Of a DNA stretch of 64,000 nt, positions 10,508-18,880 are shown in pieces. Origin of the DNA: a candidate division WOR-3 bacterium. GTDB lineage: Bacteria; Hydrothermota; Tepidihabitantia; Tepidihabitantales; Tepidihabitantaceae. The notes beneath the pieces were generated by a model. The model was not told the DNA's origin and ran no database searches. It saw only the letters and a list, made by a program, of their open reading frames with translations. A program made the position numbers and the translations under genes. The stretch is from assembly GCA_037441285.1 (NCBI GenBank), contig JBBISL010000006.1, positions 33,157 through 97,156 of the forward strand. The letters are read 5' to 3'. Position 1 is the first letter of the stretch; every line of letters begins with the position of its first letter.

Positions 10508-11523
10508 AACGAGCGGTATCAACTGCCCTCCGCATCGTCATCTCGTTTGGTTTACTCGCCCTCCTCGCATTCCTTTTCCGCAATCAACTGGGCTCTTGCC
10601 TGCTCACTGTTCGCTCTGCCGACCTGAAATTTCTCCTGCTCGCCTTCCTCACCTACATCCTTTTCATCTGGGTGTCAGCCTGGCGCTGGCAGATTCTCCT
10701 CAATGCCCAGGGGCTTCGCTTTTCCGCCTGGTTTCTTGCCCGGGTTTTTACCCTCGGCCTCTTCTTCTGCAAACTCCTTCCCACTTCAATTGGCGGTGAT
10801 GTGATGCGCATTGCCTACACGGTGAAACCCGGCAAAGGACCCGAGGCGTTTTCCGCCACATTTCTTGACCGACTCATCGGATTTGAAAGTCTAACATTTC
10901 TTGCCGTCCTGATGGCACTTTTCATCGCCCTGCGCCGCAGCAACGCCTTGAGTCTGGGAAAAGCCGGCTTGACCGGCCCCGGTGTCATCCTGATACTACT
11001 TTTAATCTTCCTGCTTCTTGTCCTTGTCACCGCGGTCCTGTTTAACGACCGCTGCCATACAATTGCCCGCCGGCTCTTCGCCCATCTCCCGTTTCAACTG
11101 CAGCGCCTCACCCAAACTCTGGACCGGGCTTACGAAGCGGTAAAGCGCTACCGCCATCTACCCGGGGCGCTGGCTTTGAGTTTCATCCTTGGAATTGGCG
11201 TTCAGGCGACGCTGTCGCTTGCCTGGTTCTTTTGTGCCGCTGCGGTGCGGGCAGCGGTACCAATTGGTTATTACTTTGTTTTTATTCCGCTTTTGAACAT
11301 TGTCGTCAACATCCCAACCATCGGCGGGCTTGGTGTCCGGGAAGCCGCTTTTCTCGCCTTCTTCACACCCGACTGGCTCCCGGGCAAAATGAGCGCTGAG
11401 CAGGCGCTGGCCACCGCCTTGATTTTCCTGGGGCTGGATTTGATATTTGCCCTCTTGGGCGGGCTGTTGTTTGCCTTTACCCGCCGTCCGATGATAGAAA
11501 ATAACCCCCAAAAGGAGGAGTAA
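10504..11523 (+). CDS. Lysylphosphatidylglycerol synthase TM / flippase-like (UPF0104) membrane protein
   Basis: AWRWQILL, LPTSIGGDVMR, DRLIG, GGLGVRE. Confidence 0.8.
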   Translation: MKRAVSTALRIVISFGLLALLAFLFRNQLGSCLLTVRSADLKFLLLAFLTYILFIWVSAWRWQILLNAQGLRFSAWFLARVFTLGLFFCKLLPTSIGGDVMRIAYTVKPGKGPEAFSATFLDRLIGFESLTFLAVLMALFIALRRSNALSLGKAGLTGPGVILILLLIFLLLVLVTAVLFNDRCHTIARRLFAHLPFQLQRLTQTLDRAYEAVKRYRHLPGALALSFILGIGVQATLSLAWFFCAAAVRAAVPIGYYFVFIPLLNIVVNIPTIGGLGVREAAFLAFFTPDWLPGKMSAEQALATALIFLGLDLIFALLGGLLFAFTRRPMIENNPQKEE

Positions 11524-12644
11524 TGTTTTTGCCCCAACCAAGACCAAACATCGAAAAGGTTACACCTTATAAACCGGGCAAGCCAGTTGAGCAGGTTGTT
11601 CGGGAACTGGGCTTAAAAGGACCGGTGATAAAACTGGCATCAAATGAAAACCCGCTGGGACCTTCACCCAAAGCGCTCGCCGCACTGCGCAAACACCTCA
11701 ACCAACTGCACTTTTATCCCGAAGACACCTGTTTTTACCTGCGTAAAGAGCTGGCCGAGCGCTTTAAGGTTGACTACGACTCAACGATTGTTGGTAACGG
11801 TTCGGTTGACTTAATCTATATGGCATGCCTCGCCTACCTTGACCCCGGCGACGAACTGATTATGAGCGCCGGTGGCTTCATTGCCCCGCGCGTTGCCAGC
11901 CGGGTGATGAACACCCAGTTGATTGAGGTGCCAACCAGCGACTATCGTCACGACCTGAACCGAATGCTCTCTTCCATCTCCTCGCGCACCAAAATCATCT
12001 ACCTTGACAACCCGATAAACCCGCTGGGTACAATCGTCACCAAGAAGGAACTGGACGCCTTTATGGACCAGGTGCCGGAACGGGTCCTTGTTATTCTGGA
12101 CGAAGCCTATGCCGAATACATCACCAGCCGGGACTATCCAAAAGGGATCGACTACTACAACAAAAACAAAAACATCCTTATCCTCCGCACCTTTTCTAAA
12201 ATCCATGGCCTTGCCGGCTTGCGGATTGGCTACGGATTTGCCAAACCGGACATCATTCAGAGCCTGATGAAGGTGCGTTTACCCTTCAATGTCAGCCGTG
12301 CTGCCCAGGTGGCGGCGCTCGCCGCCCTGAGCGACACCCGGCACATTCAGCGCAGCCGGCGCATCAACGAAACCGGAAAAAATCTCTTCTACAAGGAACT
12401 CAAACAGCTGAAACTTTTCTATCTGGAAAGTTATGGCAACTTTGTCTTTATCAACTTTGCGGTTGACTCGCAGCTCGTCTTCGAAGCGCTTCAGCGCCGG
12501 GGCGTCATTACCCGCACCCTGAAAGAGTACAACTTCCCCAACGCCCTGCGGGTTTCAATCGGTCGCGAACCGGAAAACAAGCGGTTTATTAAAGCCCTAA
12601 AAGAGGTCCTCGAAATCCTCCGCTCTTCATCGACACAAGCCTGA
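11523..12644 (+). CDS. hisC: Histidinol-phosphate aminotransferase
   Basis: KLASNENPLGPS, NPINPLG, DEAYAEY, RTFSKIHGLAGLRIG. Confidence 0.9.
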   Translation: MFLPQPRPNIEKVTPYKPGKPVEQVVRELGLKGPVIKLASNENPLGPSPKALAALRKHLNQLHFYPEDTCFYLRKELAERFKVDYDSTIVGNGSVDLIYMACLAYLDPGDELIMSAGGFIAPRVASRVMNTQLIEVPTSDYRHDLNRMLSSISSRTKIIYLDNPINPLGTIVTKKELDAFMDQVPERVLVILDEAYAEYITSRDYPKGIDYYNKNKNILILRTFSKIHGLAGLRIGYGFAKPDIIQSLMKVRLPFNVSRAAQVAALAALSDTRHIQRSRRINETGKNLFYKELKQLKLFYLESYGNFVFINFAVDSQLVFEALQRRGVITRTLKEYNFPNALRVSIGREPENKRFIKALKEVLEILRSSSTQA

Positions 12645-12665
12645 GCCGGGTATCGGAGGTAAGTT

Positions 12666-13301
12666 GTGTTCTCCCGGCTGCGTCGCTACTTTCTCACCGG
12701 TCTGGTTACCGTCCTTCCAATCGGACTAACCATCTTTGTTCTCTGGTTCATCATCTCCAGCCTGGGAAAAATCCTGCGTCCGTTCCTGCCCTACCCCCAC
12801 TGGTTTGCGAAACTCCCGGCCAGTGTTATCACCATCCTCAGCTTTATTTTGCTTCTCTTCGGCATCACCCTGATTGGTGCCCTCACCTCCGGCTTTGTTG
12901 GCCGGCAAATCGTCCTGCTCGTTGACCGTTTTTTTCAGCGGCTTCCCTTTGCCCGCTCGGTTTACACATCAGCCCGTCAGCTCACCGATGCGGTGTTCAT
13001 CCAGCGCAGCTCTTTGCGGAAAACTGTTCTTGTTGAGTACCCCCGCCGGGGTATGTTCGCGCTCGGTTTTCTTACCAGCGAAGAGCCGCTGACACTTGCC
13101 GACGCCGGTCGTGTTTACCTCGTCTTTTTCCCGACAACACCAAATCCAACCAGCGGCTGGCTTGCCCTTGTACCCGAATCGGACATTACTGAAACCAACC
13201 TCAGTATTGAGGAGGGTTTAAAATTTATTGTCTCGGGCGGCTTAGCGCGCGCTGCCGGCGCCACCTTCTTCCGAGCGAAACCGCCGGAACATCTCGGCTA
13301 A
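12666..13301 (+). CDS. DUF502 family membrane protein
   Basis: FLTGLVTVLPI, VEYPRRG, PTTPNPTSG; overlaps the 3' end of the lon-like gene convergently by 60 nt. Confidence 0.85.
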   Translation: MFSRLRRYFLTGLVTVLPIGLTIFVLWFIISSLGKILRPFLPYPHWFAKLPASVITILSFILLLFGITLIGALTSGFVGRQIVLLVDRFFQRLPFARSVYTSARQLTDAVFIQRSSLRKTVLVEYPRRGMFALGFLTSEEPLTLADAGRVYLVFFPTTPNPTSGWLALVPESDITETNLSIEEGLKFIVSGGLARAAGATFFRAKPPEHLG

Positions 13302-15713
13302 CTCCCGCAGCCGCTTTTTCACCCGGCCATTGACCGAATCCGGGGGATATTCACCTTTCTGGTCCATCTTGCCGGCTTGCACCCCGGTTAGCAGTTCAAT
13401 CCCTTCGTCAATCGTCTCAACCGCATAGATGTGAAACAGACCCTTCTTTACCGCCTCAACCACATCCTCCCGTAGCATCAAATCCCCGAGATTTGCCCTG
13501 GGAATTAAGACCCCCTGGGTGCCGGTGAGACCCTTGCTTCGACACACATCAAAAAAACCTTCAATCTTCTCGTTCACCCCACCGATTGGTTGAACCTCAC
13601 CCTTCTGGTTAACCGAACCGGTAACCGCCAAATCCTGGCGCAAAGGCAGTCCGGCAAGTTCAGAAAGCAAAGCATAAAGTTCGGTGGACGATGCGCTGTC
13701 GCCGTCAATTCCGCCGTAGGACTGCTCAAATGTTATCGAAGCGGAAAGCACCAGCGGCATATCCGCCGCATATCGGTTACGCAAATAGCCGACAATAATG
13801 TAAAGCCCTTTATCATGGATTGGTCCGGAGAGCTCGGCTTCACGCTCAACGCTGATGACCCCGGCGCTGCCCACCCCAACTTTGGCGGTGATGCGCACCG
13901 GTATCGCAAAGGCATGTTCTACCATTTCGTAAACCGCTAAACCGTTCACCTGGCCCGGTACCGCGCCTTTAACATCAATAAATAAAACCCGTTCCCGGAT
14001 ACTCTCCTGCAACTTGTCTTCAATCATCTTTGCCCGCTGCCGCCGCGCCTCAATCGCCTGTTGCACAAACTCCGCGGTCACAACCTTTGCCCGGGCTTTA
14101 CCCGCCCAGTAGTTTGCCTCCTTCAGGACATCACCAATCACATTGAACCGCGTGGACAGTTTACTCTGCCGCCCGGCAAGCCGGACCCCGTATTCAATAA
14201 CCTTGGCGACCCCGGTTTTATCAAACGGCTTCAACTTTTCCTTCTCGCAAAGCGTTTTAATCACCTGGGCATACTCCTGCAGCGCACTACGGTTCAAATC
14301 CATCACCCAGTCAAAGTCGGCTCGGACCTTAAACACCTTTTTAAACTCCTCATCGTAGGCGGCAAGGATTCCATAGACCAGCGCATCGCCAATCATAATC
14401 ACCTTCAGGTCCAATGGTATCGGCTCGGGCTTCAGCGCCGTCGTCCCGAACAGGGAAACAAACGGGTCATAGGCGGCGATTTCCAGTTTTCGATTGCGCA
14501 GGGTGCGCTTGAGATTGGGCCAGACGCCAGGCTCAACCAGAAGGTCAAGGGCATTGACCACCAAAAACCCGCCATCCGCGCGTAAAAGCGAACCGGCTTT
14601 GATGTGCGTAAAATCGGTACGCCATTGACCAGAGCGGTCCCAGACCCGTTCAATTGAACCAAACAGGTTGCGATAAGTGGGATTGGTCTCAAACACCACC
14701 GGCGCGGTCTTAACGCCCGAGTTGTCAACCATTACATTAACCCGGAACTCAAGGTAAGGGTCGACTCCCGTGCCGCTCCTTGCCTCCTCGGATGGGCGTT
14801 GCCGGAACAAATCAAGCCGCTCAATGATTGCGGCCTTGACTTCCTTTAGATAATCATCAACCCGATGGTCCCTGTGCCGCTCCCGGATTTCGTTAATTCG
14901 CTCCTCCAGCACCGGCGTTATGATGTCTTTATCCAGATTTGCCAGCGCCTCCCGTGCCTGCCGTTCAAACTCCCGGATCTCCTTAAAGATTGCCAGCAGT
15001 TCACTGCTCAACTCCCGGTAGCGGGTCTTTATCTCCTTTGCCCTTTCCTCGGTCAATTTACCCTCTTCCACCAACCGGTCCAGGACATCAACGCTCACCG
15101 GCTGTTTGTCCACAATCGGTGCCAGTTCGGGCCGGGAAACCGGCGCGGTCTGGACAAGCGCAAACCCCTCAGCCGCAACCTTTTTCTCAAAGTCGCGCAC
15201 CCGGGCCGCACCCTGTTCTTTGAACCGGTCAACAATCTCCTGACGGGCATTTTGATACCCTTCGCCCTCAAACAAACGGGGGACATTTTTTACCAGATAA
15301 GAAACCAGTTCGTCCATCTCGGACTGCAACTGGCGTCCTTCACCCGCCGGCAAAACGAGCAGCCGTGGCTGGTCCGGGTCCTGAAAGTTGTTTACCAAAC
15401 ACTTGTCGGTAAGGTTTTTTATCGGCCGGCTTTTTTCCAACAGTTTCTGGACGGTGGTTGCCCGACCGGTTCCCGGTGGACCGGTAACAAATATGTTGTA
15501 ACCAGCCACCTCAATCTCCAGTCCCAGTTGCAGGGCGTTAACCGCCCGCTCCTGACCCACAATCTCCCGGGTAATTTTAATATCGTCGGCTGTTTTAAAC
15601 CCCAGTTTATCCGGGTCACAAGTCCAGCGCAGCTTGTCCACCGGCACCCGGAACCGTTCGTCGGAACCTTTCCTTTTGTTTGCCCCTATTTTTTTTCTCC
15701 GCTCTTTTTTCAC
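13242..15713 (-). CDS. Lon-like (LonB/LonC-type) ATP-dependent S16 protease
   Basis: GPPGTGR, AGSLLRADGG, GDSASS, GGVNEKIEG. Likely start GTG 15713 after AAGGGG. Confidence 0.85.
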   Translation of the reverse strand: MKKERRKKIGANKRKGSDERFRVPVDKLRWTCDPDKLGFKTADDIKITREIVGQERAVNALQLGLEIEVAGYNIFVTGPPGTGRATTVQKLLEKSRPIKNLTDKCLVNNFQDPDQPRLLVLPAGEGRQLQSEMDELVSYLVKNVPRLFEGEGYQNARQEIVDRFKEQGAARVRDFEKKVAAEGFALVQTAPVSRPELAPIVDKQPVSVDVLDRLVEEGKLTEERAKEIKTRYRELSSELLAIFKEIREFERQAREALANLDKDIITPVLEERINEIRERHRDHRVDDYLKEVKAAIIERLDLFRQRPSEEARSGTGVDPYLEFRVNVMVDNSGVKTAPVVFETNPTYRNLFGSIERVWDRSGQWRTDFTHIKAGSLLRADGGFLVVNALDLLVEPGVWPNLKRTLRNRKLEIAAYDPFVSLFGTTALKPEPIPLDLKVIMIGDALVYGILAAYDEEFKKVFKVRADFDWVMDLNRSALQEYAQVIKTLCEKEKLKPFDKTGVAKVIEYGVRLAGRQSKLSTRFNVIGDVLKEANYWAGKARAKVVTAEFVQQAIEARRQRAKMIEDKLQESIRERVLFIDVKGAVPGQVNGLAVYEMVEHAFAIPVRITAKVGVGSAGVISVEREAELSGPIHDKGLYIIVGYLRNRYAADMPLVLSASITFEQSYGGIDGDSASSTELYALLSELAGLPLRQDLAVTGSVNQKGEVQPIGGVNEKIEGFFDVCRSKGLTGTQGVLIPRANLGDLMLREDVVEAVKKGLFHIYAVETIDEGIELLTGVQAGKMDQKGEYPPDSVNGRVKKRLRELAEMFRRFRSEEGGAGSAR

Positions 15714-15724
15714 GATATTCCCCT

Positions 15725-15769
15725 TTAAATCAATCGCCAACAGTTGATACCGTCGGGCACAGCGCACAT
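15725..15769 (-). CDS. Possible 14-aa minigene MCAVPDGINCWRLI
   Basis: AGGAGG-N5-ATG; its stop abuts the SD of the lon-like gene. Confidence 0.25.
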   Translation of the reverse strand: MCAVPDGINCWRLI

Positions 15770-15816
15770 ATTTGCCTCCTGACGCTCCGGCATTTTCCTT
15801 CCCTGTACATAAATCC

Positions 15817-17118
15817 CTAATCCTTTGTCGCCACTTTCAGCGACGAGAAACTGACAAAAGGTAAAAAGGCGTCACCCAGGTCACGCTGGGTCCTGCCCAC
15901 CGCCTCAACCCTTTGAAACATCTCGTACACATTACCGGCAATGTTAACATCTTTTACTCTACCCGCCACCGCACCGTTTTCAATCTTGAACCCGCAGGAG
16001 ACATTGAGTGTCACCTCTCCGGCAAGAATGTTTGACATCCCGCCGCCGATAAACCCATAAACGAGCAACCCTTCTTTAATACCGCTTAAAACATCGTCCA
16101 GTTCGGCGCCGCCTGGTGCCAATTCCAAATTACTCGTTCCTGGATTGGGGGGCGCTGTATAGCCCCGCATTGCCGAACCGGTGGAAACAGTGCCACACGC
16201 CGCCGCGGTGGCAATGTCAAAGAGGAATCCCTTAAAGACCCCCCGCTCAAAAAGTACATTTTCTCTTGCCGGAATACCCTCATCGTCAAAGGGCGCCGAT
16301 TTGAGCCCGAAGGGCCTCAGCCGGTTGTCAATCAAGGTGATTTTCTCGCTTAGAACCCTTTTTCCTTCCTTGCCGATTAAAGGTGATGTTCCCTTCTCCC
16401 GTTGTTTGCCATCAACCGCAACCTGCAGTGGTAAAAGCAGTTCACCCAGCGCCAGCGGTGTCACCACCACCGGATAATCACCGGTTTTCAGGCGTGCCCG
16501 GCGCTTGGCGAGCCGGACAAACCTTTCCAGCCGCGTCACCACCGCATCAAGCGGAAACGGCTTGGCGTCCGAAAGGTTGACATAGTCATAAAACCAGTAA
16601 ATCCCTTCGTCCACTAAAAGCCCGGAAACCGAAACCTGCAACTCCGCACGCTCAAAACTCGCATCCAGCCCGGCACTGTTACTCAATCCAATCTCCTGGT
16701 AAACGCGGCTGAAACTGACATCAACCTTCAACTCCGGTACCCTTGAAGCCAGCGCATCAATCAGGTCCCGTCCCCATTCTGCCATCCGTGCCGCCGCTAC
16801 CAGCATCACCTTATTCTCAAATGTGGTTACCGCGGGAGGCTCAATCGGTTTCGGGAAATCAAATCGTGCCTCCTTGCCATAGGCGGCAGCGGCACACGCC
16901 GCTTGAACCACCTCCTGCAATTTCTGCGGGTGGGAACTGGAGGCAAAACCGAGCCTGCCATCTTTTATCACCCGCAATCCCCAGCCTTTGGTCAGTTTGG
17001 TTCCCTGTGCGTACAACTTTCCCTGCCGGAACTCAACTTCGCTGCGGTCGGTCTCAACCGAGAAAACCTCCGCCTGTTCCGCCTGGTGGTCTGCCAGCTC
17101 CAGCAACTTTTCTCTCAT
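15817..17118 (-). CDS. pmbA: PmbA/TldE family protein
   Basis: WGLRVIKDGRLGFA, FDDEG, IAGNVY; no HExxxH; SD GGAGG before ATG 17118. Confidence 0.85.
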   Translation of the reverse strand: MREKLLELADHQAEQAEVFSVETDRSEVEFRQGKLYAQGTKLTKGWGLRVIKDGRLGFASSSHPQKLQEVVQAACAAAAYGKEARFDFPKPIEPPAVTTFENKVMLVAAARMAEWGRDLIDALASRVPELKVDVSFSRVYQEIGLSNSAGLDASFERAELQVSVSGLLVDEGIYWFYDYVNLSDAKPFPLDAVVTRLERFVRLAKRRARLKTGDYPVVVTPLALGELLLPLQVAVDGKQREKGTSPLIGKEGKRVLSEKITLIDNRLRPFGLKSAPFDDEGIPARENVLFERGVFKGFLFDIATAAACGTVSTGSAMRGYTAPPNPGTSNLELAPGGAELDDVLSGIKEGLLVYGFIGGGMSNILAGEVTLNVSCGFKIENGAVAGRVKDVNIAGNVYEMFQRVEAVGRTQRDLGDAFLPFVSFSSLKVATKD

Positions 17119-17135
17119 TTTACCTCCGGCCAAAA

Positions 17136-18500
17136 TTACCTGCCACCGACAATGACATTTTTGATTCGAATATGAGGCGCGCCCGTGCCCACGGGCAAAG
17201 GCGATTGTCCTGACTTACCACACCCGCCCAGCCCGCCGTGAATCACAAGGTCGTTGCCAATCGCATCAATGTTTTTCATCGTTTCAAACACATTGCCGGA
17301 AAGGGTGACATCGCGCACCATCTTTGTCAATTTGCCTTTCTCGATTAAATAGGCGTACTGGGAGGAAAAGGTAAATGCCTCAAGTTCAGTCATTCCACCC
17401 CGGCTGCCAACAACATAAAGTCCCGAATCGATTTCACCCAGCATCTCATCCAGCCTTTTGTCCCGGGGCTCAATATAAGTGTTGCTCATCCGCACGATGG
17501 GTGCAAATCGGTAAGAAACCGCCCGGCAGTTGCCGGTCATTTCTTCACCCATCTGCTGTGCGGTCTGCCGGCTATGCAGATGACCGACCAGAATGCCGTG
17601 CCGGACCAGTTCGGTGCGCTGCGCCGGTGTTCCCTCTTCATCAAAATGGTAACTTCCCCTTTCCTCGGGCAGGGTGGCATCATCCACAATCGACAACTGC
17701 TCAGCCCCAAACCGGGCGCCAATTTTCATCTTTTCCCGCAACCGCTCATTTTCCGCGATGAAATCGGCTTCACTCATATGACCAAACGCCTCGTGCACAA
17801 ACACCCCGCCCAAAAGCGGGTCAATGACCACGGTGTACTTGCCCGCCTTCACCGGTTCGGCTTGAAGCAGGTCTAATGTAATCTTCGCCACCTTTTCCAG
17901 CCGCGCCTCCTGATTACGCAGCGCGGCAAAACCCTGACATTTACCAAAACTCTCGCCGTAACTTTGAATGTTGGTACCGTCCCGGGCAACGGCGCGACAG
18001 GCAACTCCGGTGTAAACCTGCTCCTGCTCAATATAACGGTCCTCGGTTGAATAGAAGTAAGTCACCCGATGCAGGTCATGATAAGCCGAGACCGTGGTTA
18101 CAATCCCGGGCGTTTGCAACAGAATCGCATTGTAATTTTTTATCAGGTCGTGCTTTTCGGCAAGCGCCACCTTGCGCGGGTCGCACTGTTTGGGCAATCG
18201 AATGCGCTGTTCCAGCGCCGGCAGCAATACCAAACCACCTTCGCGCCGGGGCAGCGCCAGCGCCTGCAACGCCAGTTCGTCTGCCAGCTCCTTTAAACTT
18301 TCATCAATGGTGTTAAATGTTGCGGTAACCCAGTTTCCCTGATGAAAAACCCGGAGGCAGCCGCCTCGCTCAAAACTGGTTCCAATCCGGTCCAGCTCCT
18401 TGCCCAGATAGACCACCTGGGTTGACTCGCTCTCTTCAACCCGAATGTCAGCGTAGTCAACGGTCAAACCGAATAGAATATTATTAAGAAACTGTTTCAT
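17136..18500 (-). CDS. tldD: TldD family metalloprotease
   Basis: HEAFGH, FDEEG, RMSNT, CGKSGQ. Confidence 0.9.
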   Translation of the reverse strand: MKQFLNNILFGLTVDYADIRVEESESTQVVYLGKELDRIGTSFERGGCLRVFHQGNWVTATFNTIDESLKELADELALQALALPRREGGLVLLPALEQRIRLPKQCDPRKVALAEKHDLIKNYNAILLQTPGIVTTVSAYHDLHRVTYFYSTEDRYIEQEQVYTGVACRAVARDGTNIQSYGESFGKCQGFAALRNQEARLEKVAKITLDLLQAEPVKAGKYTVVIDPLLGGVFVHEAFGHMSEADFIAENERLREKMKIGARFGAEQLSIVDDATLPEERGSYHFDEEGTPAQRTELVRHGILVGHLHSRQTAQQMGEEMTGNCRAVSYRFAPIVRMSNTYIEPRDKRLDEMLGEIDSGLYVVGSRGGMTELEAFTFSSQYAYLIEKGKLTKMVRDVTLSGNVFETMKNIDAIGNDLVIHGGLGGCGKSGQSPLPVGTGAPHIRIKNVIVGGR

Positions 18501-18520
18501 ACATCAACCCGCTACCTCTT

Positions 18521-18548
18521 AGCATAAACAGATAAAATGGGTTGTCAA
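18521..18548 (-). promoter_or_regulatory. sigma70-type promoter of the tldD operon
   Basis: TTGACA-N16-TATGCT on the minus strand, downstream of the candidate sRNA terminator. Confidence 0.6.
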
Positions 18549-18577
18549 CCAAAAAACTAACCCATTATCCAACCCAT

Positions 18578-18617
18578 AAAAACACTACGGCGTGCCGTGG
18601 GCACTGGCACGCCGTAG
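18578..18617 (-). terminator. Intrinsic terminator
   Basis: CTACGGCGTGCC-N9-GGCACGCCGTAG-TGTTTTT on the minus strand. Confidence 0.85.
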
Positions 18618-18729
18618 AATTCGGTCCCCATTGAGAGTGCTGGACTGGTGAGGCGAGGACCTTGAGCGCGACACCCTCTACAATGCCTCCTCTGGCTCGG
18701 TCTAATCTACCCACCCCTTCTCTTATATA
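18578..18729 (-). ncRNA. Candidate sigma54-dependent small RNA (~150 nt)
   Basis: Bounded by a consensus -24/-12 promoter and a 12-bp-stem terminator; no convincing ORF. Confidence 0.65.
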
Positions 18730-18740
18730 TGTATATGAAT

Positions 18741-18756
18741 AGCAAAATTCGTGCCA
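18741..18756 (-). promoter_or_regulatory. sigma54 (-24/-12) promoter
   Basis: TGGCAC-GAATT-TTGCT, an exact match to TGGCAC-N5-TTGCW. Confidence 0.85.
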
Positions 18757-18880
18757 AGAGATATCGCTTTTATAAAATTACAACCCGCCAAAAATTTATA
18801 AGTTATAATTTTAACCGCCTATTTGTTGTTTATGACTGCCGTTTTTTTATGCTGTTGTGCCGTTAAAGTCGTCTATTGGG

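Noticed and set aside
14865..15728. Long antisense or alternate-frame ORFs (e.g. 14865-15728, 51738-52454, 57318-58052, 3912-4322)
   Set aside because: Shadows of well-supported genes with no recognisable motifs
18578..18729. CsrB/RsmZ-type sponge, or an attenuator leader for tldD
   Set aside because: Only two GGA motifs; tldD has its own sigma70 promoter downstream of the terminator
15817..18729. RiPP cluster around tldD/pmbA
   Set aside because: No YcaO, lanthipeptide, SPASM or transporter genes adjacent; the short ORFs are only weak precursor candidates
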